This document shows positions 45,235-54,519 of a stretch of 64,000 nucleotides of DNA, in pieces. This DNA is from Prochloraceae cyanobacterium (GTDB taxonomy: Bacteria > Cyanobacteriota > Cyanobacteriia > PCC-6307 > Cyanobiaceae), in NCBI GenBank assembly GCA_040377855.1, contig JBEINY010000001.1, positions 6,814 to 70,813 on the forward strand, written 5' to 3'. Every line of letters begins with the position of its first letter. Within the stretch, counting starts at the first letter, position 1. The position numbers and the translations under genes were made by a program. Below the pieces are notes generated by a model. That model was given only the letters and a program-made list of their open reading frames with translations, ran no database searches and was not told where the DNA came from.

Positions 45235-46263
45235 TCAGAATCCTGGGAGCTGGGGCAGCTTCATGACCCGCAGGCCATCGGGGGAGCAGACAGTGTCGGC
45301 AGTGCGGTAGTGCCGTGGCGAGGCGAGCAGCAGTCGCCACGCTTCCCGGCCAGGCAACAACTGAAACCGATCAGCATGGTGACGCTGCAGAAGCCGGCGC
45401 ACTTCGGGGTAGTAGCTGCTGTTGAGACCGGGGAAGATGTGGTGCTCGGTGTGGTGCGAGAAATTGAGATGGAGCAGATCCAACCACCGCGGCAACTTCA
45501 ACGAGAGGGTGTTGAGCAGGGGATCGTTGGTTTCGTCGAGGGGAGCGAGCAGATGGTTGGTGAAGATGTAAGCCATCGCCCCGGCATAGCCCAGCCAGAT
45601 CGGCAGGAAATAGCCCAGCAGCAGGTTGCGAGGATCCAGACCCAGCCAACCGATCACGCCGGCATGCAGCCCCACGATCGCCAGCAGTTCGAAGGCGATA
45701 CGACGGCGGTCGCGGGGCGACACCCGAAAGGCGGACGGAGGGAAGGCAGCACTGCCATCGGGTACAAGCAGCACCGACGAAAGGGTGCGGAAATTGTGAA
45801 CCCCCCAGGCACTGGCGAGGCCGAGCATCAACCCCACCGGGCCGATCTCATCGGAAGGGGTGAAGCGGTGCTGGATCCACTTGCCCCAGCTGGCCGGCTG
45901 GCTTTCCAGGTAGCTGCGATCAGGATCCTGAAGGCTGTTGGTATGGCTGTGATGCTCGCGGTTGTGCACCGCCAGCCAGAGCGTCGGTGGCATCCAGAGC
46001 AACGCCAGGGCCAGCAACGCCAGCCAACGCCTTGCCCAGCTCCAGCCCACACTCCGCCCATGCAGCAGGTCGTGGGTGGAGAACAGCAGCACGACCACGG
46101 CGTTGCCCATCACCAGCGTGAAGGGCAGAAACAGGGGCAGGGCCACGAAGGCCCAGCGATCGAGGGAGCGGGCCATCGTCCAGCCCAGTCCAAGGATCGC
46201 CAGGTTGATCAGGACCAGCGCCAGCCTGCTCGGATCGGTGCGAAAGGCCTGGGGCGGCAGCAT
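45235..46263 (-). CDS. membrane fatty-acid-desaturase-family protein (di-iron, three His boxes)
   Basis: His boxes HDLLHG, HNREHH and HTEHH sit among 4 or more TM helices. Length is 342 aa, and the substrate cannot be assigned from sequence. Confidence 0.85.
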   Translation of the reverse strand: MLPPQAFRTDPSRLALVLINLAILGLGWTMARSLDRWAFVALPLFLPFTLVMGNAVVVLLFSTHDLLHGRSVGWSWARRWLALLALALLWMPPTLWLAVHNREHHSHTNSLQDPDRSYLESQPASWGKWIQHRFTPSDEIGPVGLMLGLASAWGVHNFRTLSSVLLVPDGSAAFPPSAFRVSPRDRRRIAFELLAIVGLHAGVIGWLGLDPRNLLLGYFLPIWLGYAGAMAYIFTNHLLAPLDETNDPLLNTLSLKLPRWLDLLHLNFSHHTEHHIFPGLNSSYYPEVRRLLQRHHADRFQLLPGREAWRLLLASPRHYRTADTVCSPDGLRVMKLPQLPGF

Positions 46264-46449
46264 CGGCCTGAGGCTGCGGGCCAGGCTCTCAGCAGTGGTG
46301 GTCGTGGCTCGAGGGAAGGGGGGCGAAATGGCGGTGGTGATGGAACGGTCAGCGAATCAGCCCCGTAGTCGAACACATTGGCATGCAGATTGCGGCAGCC
46401 CGGCGGCGTGCCCGCAGCAGGGTGCTCGGGCTGATTGCCCCATGAAGCA

Positions 46450-49400
46450 TCAGCCCAGGGCCGTGCGGCAAACGGTGGCGCGGGATCCCTTCTCGGCGGC
46501 GGTGATCGCGATGCCAGCCCGGATCCGTTCCTTCAGGGCGCCCACGTGGCTGATCACCCCAATCATGCGGCCACCGTCCCGCAGGCGATCCAGCTCATCC
46601 ATCGCCAGCTGCAGGTTGTCGGGATCCAGGGTGCCGAACCCCTCATCAATGAACAGCGCCTCCAGATGGACGCCGCCGGCATGGGCCTGCACGGTGTCGG
46701 CCACCCCCAGGGCCAGGGCCAGGGAAGCCTGGAAGGTTTCGCCCCCCGAGAGGCTGCTCACCTCCCGCTCCTCCCCGGTATAGGCATCCAGCACCCTCAG
46801 GCCGAGACCGGCATGGCGCCCCCCCCGGCCCCCCTCATCCGTGAGACGGAGCTGGTAGCGCCCGGAGGTCATCAGTTCAAGCCGCTGGTTGGCGTAGCGG
46901 CAGATGTCCGCGAGATAGGCCGAGAGCACCCACCGCTGCAGGGAAATGAACGGGGCCGTGCGGCCGAGGCAACGATCCGCCACCGCATTGAGCAGCCGGG
47001 CCTGCTCCTGCCGCTGCCCCAGCACCCGGTCCCCCTGGCGGTGTTCCTCCGCCAGTCGGGTGATTTCGGCGTTGGCATGACGTGCCTCGCTCTGGCGTTC
47101 CAGGGCAACATTGCGACCGGCATCGGCGCTGGCCAGCGCGTCCAGGGCCGCGGCGGTATCGGGCCGCTGCTCCGGCAGATCCGCCAGATCCTCAGAAGCC
47201 AACAGGCCCCGCCCCTGGATGAGCTCGCGGTCGTAGGTGTCGATCCGCTTCTGCAGCTCCTGCCGCCAGCTCTCATCCTTCAGGGCGGCCCTGACGGCGG
47301 CGCCGTCGCTGAAGTTGGTGCCGGCGAGCTCCTGGAGCAGCCGCCCAGTCGCCTGCTGCAGCCTGGCCTGGGCACCACTGCTGGCCTCCGCCCCGGCGGC
47401 CAGCTGCTTCAGGGCCGCCCCGAGGGGGTCCAACCCAAGCTGGGCCTGCTGCGGATCAACCCCCTCACCGAGCACCCGCACGATCTCCGCGTGCAGGGTC
47501 AGGGCCCGTTGGCCGGCAGCCGCGGCGGCCTGGCGGTGCAGGGCCTGATCCGTGGTTGCGGTCTGCAGGACCTGCTGCAGCGCCTGCAGCTCCCGGTCGT
47601 GGGTCTCAATCGCCGCCTGCAGGGTGTTGGCTTCGGCGGCCTGGGCGCGGGCCAGCTTCAAGGCCAGGGCAGCGTTGTCCATGGCCGCGGCGGCGGCCGG
47701 CGGATCCAGGGCCGCCGCGCCGGCCTGCTCCAGCAGCGCCTTCAGCTCAGCCTCAACGGTGGCGAGGGCAGCGGCCCCACGGCGGGCCCCCTCCGTGGCC
47801 ACCGCCAGCTGGCGCTCCGCCTCCCGGATCGCCGAATCGGCCACGGCCCCATCGGCGCCCTGGGCGGGGGTCGGATGATCCGTTGAACCGCAGACCGGAC
47901 AGGGATCCCCAGCCACCAGGTTGCCCGCCAGCCGGGATGCCATGCCGGCCATCTGCTCCTGACGCAGCGCCCCAAGGGCGGCCTGGCAACGGTGGAGCTC
48001 GCCATCGGCCCTCTGCTGGGCGGCCATGGCGGTCGCCCTCGAAGCGGAGGCAGCCCTGATCGCCACCACAGCGTCCAGACGCTGCTGGGCCTCGCGGGCA
48101 GCGCGCTCCAGACCATCGAGCTGGTCGCGGGCCGTGCAGGCCCGCTGGAGAGCCTCGCTGGCCTGCTGCCGTTGTTGCTGCCGATGCTCCCGGGTGGCAG
48201 CGCCACGGGCCAGGGAGCCCTCCGCGGCCGTGGCCAAACGGATCGCCTGGTCAGCGGCCGCGCGGGCCTGGGCCGCCTCCAGGGCCTGACGGACCAGGAC
48301 CGCCAGCTCCGCCCGCCAGGCCGCCAGGGCACTGCGGGCCTCCACCAGCTGCTCCTGGCTGGGCAGGGTGCCCAGATCCAGGCGCGTCAGCGGAGCCGGC
48401 AGGGCCAGGGCATCGTCACGGGCCCGTTCCGCATCGCGGAGCCCCTGCTCGAGTCGTTGCTGCAGCTGGGTCAGTTCGAGGCGAGCAGCGGCCTCCGCGT
48501 CCAGGCTCCCCCGCAGCACCTCAGCCCGCTCAGCCCGCTGCAGCCGCTGGCGGAAGTCGGCCACGACGGCCGCCTTGCCCTCCAGCTCCATCAGGCGGGC
48601 GATCGCCGCCGCGCGCCGGTCCCAGCGATCCGCCTCACGATCGATCCTGGTCCGGGCCCCCTGGGCCGCCTCCATGGCAGCGCTGGCCTGCTGATAGCGG
48701 GCGGCCGCCGCCGCAACCACAGCCCCCATCCGCTCCTGGAGCCGATCCAGATCCTGCTGATCGGCGGGTGCCTCCGGTGCGCCCTCCTCCCCCAGCGGCG
48801 TCCCTGCCATGGCAAAGGGCGTCCAGGCCTGGGCCACCTGGCGGCGCAGCACCTCCTGGCCCCGGGTCTGCTCCGCCAGTGCGATGCGAGCGGCCTTGGC
48901 CTTCTCCTCGAGCCAGAGCCCCGCCTGCTCGAAGATCAGGGTGTTGAAAAGGGTTTTCAGCAGGGCCTCCCGCTCCTCCGCCCGGGCCCTCAGCACCTCA
49001 GCGAACTTCCCCTGGGGCAGGAGAATCACCTGGCGGAACTGGGCGGCATTGAGGCCCACGAGCTGCTCCACCTCCCGACTCACCTCAGTGCTGCGGCTGG
49101 CGAGCGGCTCCAGCTCGGCACCGTTGCGCCGGAAGAGCACCGCCTGGGCCGCCTTTTCGGTGAACCCCTGGCCGCGGGCCTTGGGGGCGCTGTAGGCCGG
49201 CGAGCGCTCCACCCGATAACGGAGACCGCCACAGGAAAAGTCGAGACCGACCCGCGGCACCGCTCCCGGCTCTGCGTGATCCGACTTCAGCCCCTTGAGA
49301 TTCCGATCCCCCGACACCTCGCCGTAAAGCGCGAAGCAGAGGGCATCGAGAAGAAACGTCTTCCCGGCCCCGGTGGTGCCGTGGATCAGGAACAAGCCCT

Positions 49401-49482
49401 CATCGCTGAGGGCATCGAAATCGATCTCCGTGGGCTCGACATAGGGACCGAAGGCCTCGATCCTCAGCAGGTGTGGCTTCAA
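46450..49482 (-). CDS. sbcC: SbcC-type SMC-like ATPase (exonuclease SbcCD, C subunit)
   Basis: N-terminal Walker A (LIHGTTGAGKTFLLDA), a very long Ala/Gln/Leu coiled coil with a central CxxC zinc hook (DPCPVCGS), C-terminal signature LSGGETFQASLALAL and Walker B FIDEGFGTLD. The TTG start overlaps the sbcD stop. Confidence 0.9.
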   Translation of the reverse strand: MKPHLLRIEAFGPYVEPTEIDFDALSDEGLFLIHGTTGAGKTFLLDALCFALYGEVSGDRNLKGLKSDHAEPGAVPRVGLDFSCGGLRYRVERSPAYSAPKARGQGFTEKAAQAVLFRRNGAELEPLASRSTEVSREVEQLVGLNAAQFRQVILLPQGKFAEVLRARAEEREALLKTLFNTLIFEQAGLWLEEKAKAARIALAEQTRGQEVLRRQVAQAWTPFAMAGTPLGEEGAPEAPADQQDLDRLQERMGAVVAAAAARYQQASAAMEAAQGARTRIDREADRWDRRAAAIARLMELEGKAAVVADFRQRLQRAERAEVLRGSLDAEAAARLELTQLQQRLEQGLRDAERARDDALALPAPLTRLDLGTLPSQEQLVEARSALAAWRAELAVLVRQALEAAQARAAADQAIRLATAAEGSLARGAATREHRQQQRQQASEALQRACTARDQLDGLERAAREAQQRLDAVVAIRAASASRATAMAAQQRADGELHRCQAALGALRQEQMAGMASRLAGNLVAGDPCPVCGSTDHPTPAQGADGAVADSAIREAERQLAVATEGARRGAAALATVEAELKALLEQAGAAALDPPAAAAAMDNAALALKLARAQAAEANTLQAAIETHDRELQALQQVLQTATTDQALHRQAAAAAGQRALTLHAEIVRVLGEGVDPQQAQLGLDPLGAALKQLAAGAEASSGAQARLQQATGRLLQELAGTNFSDGAAVRAALKDESWRQELQKRIDTYDRELIQGRGLLASEDLADLPEQRPDTAAALDALASADAGRNVALERQSEARHANAEITRLAEEHRQGDRVLGQRQEQARLLNAVADRCLGRTAPFISLQRWVLSAYLADICRYANQRLELMTSGRYQLRLTDEGGRGGRHAGLGLRVLDAYTGEEREVSSLSGGETFQASLALALGVADTVQAHAGGVHLEALFIDEGFGTLDPDNLQLAMDELDRLRDGGRMIGVISHVGALKERIRAGIAITAAEKGSRATVCRTALG

Positions 49483-50666
49483 CGGTCCCCTCCGCCGCTG
49501 GCCGCCTGCAGGGCCTGCCGCAGCAACGCCGCCTCGGCGGGAGCCGCCGGTCGCCCCTGCTGATCCGCGAAGAACGACAGGCCCAGATCCAGGGGTGAGG
49601 TGGCTGCGCGCACCTGCTGGTTGCGCTCGATCGCCGTGGCCTGCAGCCCCTGGGGGGGCCGGTGCCGCAACTCGGCCACGTGGGGAAAGCGTCGGCGCAG
49701 GCGAGCCATGGCCTGCAGGGGCAGCACCTCATCGGTGAGGATCACCCGCACCCAGGCATCCACCGCCCCCTCGAACTGCGAATCCGTGCAGAGGGCCTCG
49801 ATGCCTGCCTCGAGGGTCCGCAACGGACGACCCACCTGCAGGGGCACGATCTCCACCGTGGGCGTGCCGGCCTGATCGAGTTCCACGAGCCGCACCGACT
49901 TGGTGTGGTGCTGCTCCGAAAAGGAATAGGCCAGGGGGGTGCCGGAATAGGCCACCCGCGGCCCATCGAGCTGCTGGGAGCCATGCAGGTGTCCGAGGGC
50001 CACGTAGTCGAAGCCAGCGAAGGTGTCGACCCTGACCCGATCGACCTGGCCGACCGTGAGCTCCCGTTCGGATTCGCAGGATTCCCCTCCAGCGGCAAAG
50101 GTGTGGGCCACCAGGATCGAGCGGTGGCCGGATCGCCGACGCTGATCGAGCCGGATCCGCTCCAGGGCCAGCTGCGTCACCTCCTGATGACTGATGCGGG
50201 TGGAGGCGGCTGCGCTGATCCGGTCCGGGGCCTCCAGCAGAAACGGACCATCAACCGCGGGGTCGAGGTACGGCAGGGGGTAGATCGCCACCGGCCCGCC
50301 GCCGGAACGGGGCGTCACGACCACCGGCTCATCGGAGCGGCGGACATCACCGCGGATGGTGACCCCGAAGGCCGACAGCAGCGAGTCGTAGATGGAGACG
50401 CGCACATGGGAATCGTGGTTACCGGCGATGGCCACCACAGAAGCTCCGCCGCGGCTGAGCCGGGCCAGGGTGTCGTTGAACAGCTGCACCGCTTCCGCTG
50501 GCGGGATGGCGCGGTCGTAAAGATCACCGGCGATCAGCACCGCATCCACCTCGGCCTCGGCGGCCAGCGCCACGATGCGGTCCATGGCGGCCGCCTGTTC
50601 CTGCAGCAGGGAAGCCCCATGGAACTGCCGGCCCAGGTGCCAATCGGAGGTATGTAGAAACCGCAT
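49479..50666 (-). CDS. sbcD: SbcD/Mre11-type nuclease
   Basis: Phosphoesterase motifs MRFLHTSDWHLG, GDLYD, GNHD and GHLH are present. Length is 395 aa. Confidence 0.93.
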   Translation of the reverse strand: MRFLHTSDWHLGRQFHGASLLQEQAAAMDRIVALAAEAEVDAVLIAGDLYDRAIPPAEAVQLFNDTLARLSRGGASVVAIAGNHDSHVRVSIYDSLLSAFGVTIRGDVRRSDEPVVVTPRSGGGPVAIYPLPYLDPAVDGPFLLEAPDRISAAASTRISHQEVTQLALERIRLDQRRRSGHRSILVAHTFAAGGESCESERELTVGQVDRVRVDTFAGFDYVALGHLHGSQQLDGPRVAYSGTPLAYSFSEQHHTKSVRLVELDQAGTPTVEIVPLQVGRPLRTLEAGIEALCTDSQFEGAVDAWVRVILTDEVLPLQAMARLRRRFPHVAELRHRPPQGLQATAIERNQQVRAATSPLDLGLSFFADQQGRPAAPAEAALLRQALQAASGGGDR

Positions 50667-50743
50667 GGAAATCGGAGTCGCCGCTGACCTGGTGGATCCT
50701 CCTAGGGTCGTCCCGTTCGAGCCCTGAGGCCCCCAGCCAGCCC

Positions 50744-50962
50744 ATGAACCAGACCCTCAAAGGTGTCATGTACGTGAGCGCCTGGGTGGTGCTCTGGGGC
50801 ACGGCCGCCTCCCTCGCCGACTTTGTCCTCCTGGAGCGGAGCATCTATCCCACGGGCAGCATCGGCCAGGGGATCACCTTCCTGACCTGGGGGATGGCCA
50901 GTGCTGCGCTGGCTGTGCGCCTGTCCAGCCGCTTCCTGAAGCAGGGCGACTGCGACTTGTGA
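50744..50962 (+). CDS. small putative membrane protein
   Basis: 72 aa with an ATG start and two hydrophobic helices (VMYVSAWVVLWGTAASLADFVLL, ITFLTWGMASAALAV). It is divergent from sbcD. No family recognised. Confidence 0.4.
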   Translation: MNQTLKGVMYVSAWVVLWGTAASLADFVLLERSIYPTGSIGQGITFLTWGMASAALAVRLSSRFLKQGDCDL

Positions 50963-51310
50963 CCCAGCCCCCCAAAACAAAGTCTCAGCTTGCCGATCCA
51001 ATTCGAGCACTGACCTGAAGAGAATTCAAGTCGAAGAGATTGAGCAATTCAGCAATCTATGGCTAGCAGCACCCCTATCCACTGACGGGATTCATACAAA
51101 CAAACATTAGGAGCCAGGTCTCCCCTGGACGAGAGGGGACGTCGCCCCTATCTGTCTTAAAGATTGCCCTACAGAAAGCCCCCTATCCTCCCTTTGGCGC
51201 TATCAACGTCAACGACGCTCCAAGTCCCTCTGTTCCGATACCAGAATCCAACCAGGCCCTGAATCTCCAAGGGCGCAAACGCCTCTTTCCAGAACCCCCC
51301 CGGTTTCAGC

Positions 51311-51353
51311 CCCAGGGTCGCTGATGGATCTGGGGCTGAACAGCGACCCTGGG
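51311..51353 (-). terminator. 13-bp perfect inverted repeat immediately after the glucose dehydrogenase stop
   Basis: cccagggtcgctg (51311-51323) pairs with cagcgaccctggg (51341-51353) around a 17-nt loop. It lies 1 nt from the stop codon at 51355-51357 and has no U-tract. Confidence 0.45.
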
Positions 51354-51354
51354 C

Positions 51355-52161
51355 TCAGAGCCCGGGGCTGCTCTGCATGATGCCGCCGTCGGCAAAGATC
51401 GAGGTGGCGGTGATGTAGCTGGCGGCATCACTGGCGAGGAACGCCACCACCGACGCCACCTCATCCGGCTGGGCCATGCGACCCATCGGGATGGCGGCAT
51501 TGAGCTTGGCCAGAAGCTCGGGGTTGTTCATCGTTGAATCATTGATCGGCGTGGCCACGGCACCCGGACCCACATTCACGATCGTCACCCCATGGGCGGC
51601 CAGCTCAACCCCGGCGGTACGGGTGAGCATGCGCACGCCACCTTTCGCCACGCAGTAAGGGGTGTTGTTGGGCATCGGCCAGTCTTCATGCACCGAGGAG
51701 ATGTTGATGATCCTGCCGCCACCGCCCTGGGCGATCATCTGCTTGGCGGCATACTGCGTCGCAAAAAAGACGCCCCTGAGATTGATATTGAGAACCTTGT
51801 CGTAGTCCTCAGGAGTGGTGTCGAGGATCGAGGTGCGGGTTTCGATGCCTGCATTGTTGACCATCACATCAAGACGCCCAAAACGATCGACCGCTGCATC
51901 AATCAGACGCTGAAGATCTTCGAGTTTGCCCACATCGGCCTGGAACCCGAAACTGCAACCGCCGAGTTCGCCGATTTCCTGCTCGATCGCCTCGGTGGCC
52001 TCGGGATGGGAGCGGTAGTCGATCACCACCTTGGCGCCCAGCCGGGCGATGCGCTCAACGATCGCCTTGCCGATGCCACTGTTTCCGCCGGTCACGATGA
52101 TCACCTTGTCCTGGAGCAAGGTGGCCAGGGTGGCGTTGGCGTAGGGATTGGTGCCAGTCAT
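51355..52161 (-). CDS. SDR-family glucose 1-dehydrogenase-like oxidoreductase
   Basis: TGGNSGIGKA cofactor motif, NNAG, the catalytic S...YCVAK, and the tail GRMAQPDEVASVVAFLASDAASYITATSIFADGG. The overall pattern is close to Bacillus-type Gdh. Confidence 0.85.
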   Translation of the reverse strand: MTGTNPYANATLATLLQDKVIIVTGGNSGIGKAIVERIARLGAKVVIDYRSHPEATEAIEQEIGELGGCSFGFQADVGKLEDLQRLIDAAVDRFGRLDVMVNNAGIETRTSILDTTPEDYDKVLNINLRGVFFATQYAAKQMIAQGGGGRIINISSVHEDWPMPNNTPYCVAKGGVRMLTRTAGVELAAHGVTIVNVGPGAVATPINDSTMNNPELLAKLNAAIPMGRMAQPDEVASVVAFLASDAASYITATSIFADGGIMQSSPGL

Positions 52162-52340
52162 GGAAGAACGCCTTGATCAGGAGGCAATGGTCAAACCCTA
52201 GACAAACCGCCCTGATCTGACATCACCCCCCAAAGCCCAGATCCATCAACCGTGATCTCAGACCCCTCGATGGCGACGAAGACCCTCGGCGGGGATGACA
52301 CCTCGGCAGATCTCACTAGGTTGCCAACGAGGCTTTCACC

Positions 52341-52754
52341 ATGATGTCCGCGATACTTCCCCGCCACGCCCTTCACAGCGACCGCTGCTCAGCGCCTGTG
52401 GCTGGCTATAGCCAAGGATTCCAGGTGGGATCCATGGTGTTTGTCTCCGGGCAGATTCCCTTCGATCCGAACACCAACACCAAGGTCGGAGATGGAGACA
52501 TCGTGCTCGAAGCCCGCCAGGTGTTGCGCAATGTGATGGCAGTGCTGGAGGCCGCCGGCTGCAGCGCCCGCGAGGTGGCCAGTGCCGTGATCTATCTCAC
52601 GGACATCAACCAGCTGGAAACCGTTGACCACGTCTGGCGCGAATTCTTCACCGATGCCAGCGCCTTCCCCTCCAGGGCCGTGGTGGAAGTGGCCGCCCTC
52701 GTGGAGGGCATCCAGGTGGAGATCTCCGCGATCGCCATCAAGGATCCGGACTGA
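52341..52754 (+). CDS. ridA: RidA/YjgF/endoribonuclease L-PSP family protein
   Basis: APVAGYSQGFQVGSMVFVSGQIPFDP...EARQVLRNVMAVLEAAGCS...V.YLTD......V...W.EFF...FPSRAVVEVAAL..G..VEI. Confidence 0.9.
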   Translation: MMSAILPRHALHSDRCSAPVAGYSQGFQVGSMVFVSGQIPFDPNTNTKVGDGDIVLEARQVLRNVMAVLEAAGCSAREVASAVIYLTDINQLETVDHVWREFFTDASAFPSRAVVEVAALVEGIQVEISAIAIKDPD

Positions 52755-52789
52755 CCGACCTTCGCTGCCCCACCACCACCCATTCCCCC

Positions 52790-53251
52790 ATGGACACCGC
52801 TGCGCTGACACCGCCGAGCTCGCTCGAGTACTGGCATCTGTTCACCGATGCCGAGGGCATCAGCCGCCAGACCCTCTGCACCATGGCCCCGTATCACCTG
52901 GGGGTTCTCGGCCCCGGTGATGCCCCGCAGTGGAACCTGGATCTGTTCAAGGACGGCAACGCCTTCCTCACCCTCCTGCCGGTGGGCTGGCGCGCCGACT
53001 GGCATGAAAATCACATTCCCAAATGGATCTTCGTGCTCCAGGGCAGCTGGTCGGTGCAGAGCATGGATGGCCAGCTGCAGGTGTTCGGCCCCGGGGAGTT
53101 TTCCTTCGGTGGCGACCAGGACTGCATCACCACCGCCGATGGGGCCAAGGGCCACCTCTCGGCCCAGGTGGGGGACGAACCCTGCCTGCAGCTGGTGGTG
53201 CAACGCAACGACGAGGCCTGGCGCTCTGCACCGCCTGGCTTCTTCGCCTGA
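52790..53251 (+). CDS. cupin-like hypothetical protein
   Basis: 153 aa with a beta-rich pattern (WHENHIPKWIFVLQGSWSVQSMDGQLQVFGPGEFSFGGD...GHLS) consistent with a cupin barrel. The family is not certain. Confidence 0.6.
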   Translation: MDTAALTPPSSLEYWHLFTDAEGISRQTLCTMAPYHLGVLGPGDAPQWNLDLFKDGNAFLTLLPVGWRADWHENHIPKWIFVLQGSWSVQSMDGQLQVFGPGEFSFGGDQDCITTADGAKGHLSAQVGDEPCLQLVVQRNDEAWRSAPPGFFA

Positions 53252-53286
53252 ACCCCCATGAGCCCTGACCCTTCGCCGCCCTGCCT

Positions 53287-54210
53287 GTGGTGATTGCCAA
53301 TCCATCCGCCTGCACCGAGAGCTACGACCCTCGGTTTGAGCCGCTGGTTCTCTTCAATGCCGAGCTCGAGCTGCTGGCCGAAGGCTTTCGCTGGCTGGAG
53401 GGCCCGGTCTGGTTCGGCGACCACGACTGCCTGCTCTTCAACGACATCCCCTCCAACCGCACCTTGCGCTGGAGTGAGCGCCATGGCGTCACCACCTTCC
53501 GGGAGCCATCGGATTTCGCCAACGGCCAGACCCGTGACCGGCAGGGCCGCCTGATCAGCTGCCACCACCGCAGCCGCTGCCTGCGCCGCCGTGAACACGA
53601 CGGCAGTGACACCACCCTGGTGAGCCACGCCCAGGGCCACCGCCTCAATGCCCCCAACGATGTGGTGGTCAAGAGCGACGGCTCGATCTGGTTCAGCGAT
53701 CCGCTGTACGGCCTGTTGAACGACTACGAAGGGGGCCGCCAGAGCTCTGAGCAGGGTCCAGCTCTCTATCGCCTCAACCCCGGCAGCGGGGAGGTCACCA
53801 TGGTGGCCAATGATTTCGATGGTCCCAACGGGCTGGCCTTCTCCCCCGATGAGCGCCTGCTCTATGTGGCGGAGTCCGGGGCCGCCGGGGTGGCTGAACC
53901 CCACCAGTTTCTGCGGGTGTTTGAGGTCGGCGACGACGGCCGCTCCCTCAGTGGCGGTAGGCACTTTCACACCGTTCAGCCCGGCTGGGCCGATGGCTTC
54001 CGGGTCGATGAGCACGGCAACCTGTGGTGCGGAGCGGCCGATGGCGTCCATTGCATCGCCCCGGATGGCACCTTGATCGGCAAGGTGATCGTGCCGCAAC
54101 GGGTCTCGAACCTCTGCTTCGGCGATCGCTTCCATAGCCGCCTGTTTCTCTGCGCCTCCACCCGGCTCTACGCCCTGTTCACCAACACCCGCGGCGTTCA
54201 GCGACCCTGA
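53287..54210 (+). CDS. SMP-30/gluconolactonase/LRE-family lactonase
   Basis: LAEGFRWLEGPVWFGD...LLFNDIPSNR...ANGQTRDRQGRLISC...NAPNDVVVKSDGSIWFSDP...GPNGLAFSPDE..LYVAES...ADGFRVDEHGNLW. GTG start. Confidence 0.88.
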   Translation: MVIANPSACTESYDPRFEPLVLFNAELELLAEGFRWLEGPVWFGDHDCLLFNDIPSNRTLRWSERHGVTTFREPSDFANGQTRDRQGRLISCHHRSRCLRRREHDGSDTTLVSHAQGHRLNAPNDVVVKSDGSIWFSDPLYGLLNDYEGGRQSSEQGPALYRLNPGSGEVTMVANDFDGPNGLAFSPDERLLYVAESGAAGVAEPHQFLRVFEVGDDGRSLSGGRHFHTVQPGWADGFRVDEHGNLWCGAADGVHCIAPDGTLIGKVIVPQRVSNLCFGDRFHSRLFLCASTRLYALFTNTRGVQRP

Positions 54211-54255
54211 TCCCCCGCCCCATCACCCCCCACCGCAATCCCCCTCCCCCAGACC

Positions 54256-54513
54256 ATGGCCCGCGAGCAACTGGAAACCTTCCTCAAGGCCGTCAAAGCC
54301 GATCCGCAGCTACGGCAGAAGCTCGCCGACTGCCCGAATCTGAATGGGATTGCCGACCTCGGCGCCGGCCTCGGCTATTCCTTCAGCGGCGTCGATCTGG
54401 TGCGCCACCAGGCGGAGGCCACCCTGCGGCTCTCGGAGGAGGAGCTGGAGGCGGCCGCCGCAGCGGTGGAGCTCGAAGGTCACCTCTGGCTGGCCCGCAT
54501 CGTCTGGAGCTGA
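54256..54513 (+). CDS. Nif11-like leader-peptide-family protein (85 aa)
   Basis: MAREQLETFLKAVKADPQLRQKLADCPNLNGIADLGAGLGYSFSGVDL...LSEEELEAAAAA follows the Nif11 N-terminal leader pattern. The 15-aa tail VELEGHLWLARIVWS has no GG site and no Cys. Confidence 0.75.
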   Translation: MAREQLETFLKAVKADPQLRQKLADCPNLNGIADLGAGLGYSFSGVDLVRHQAEATLRLSEEELEAAAAAVELEGHLWLARIVWS

Positions 54514-54519
54514 CCTCCC

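Noticed and set aside
45037-45340. Small ORFs 45037..45228 (+) and 45131..45340 (-) in the spacer after tRNA-Lys.
   Set aside because: They are mutually overlapping, with odd composition (Ser/Arg/Pro/Cys-rich) and no motifs. The second runs into the desaturase 3' end. I treated the region as non-coding.
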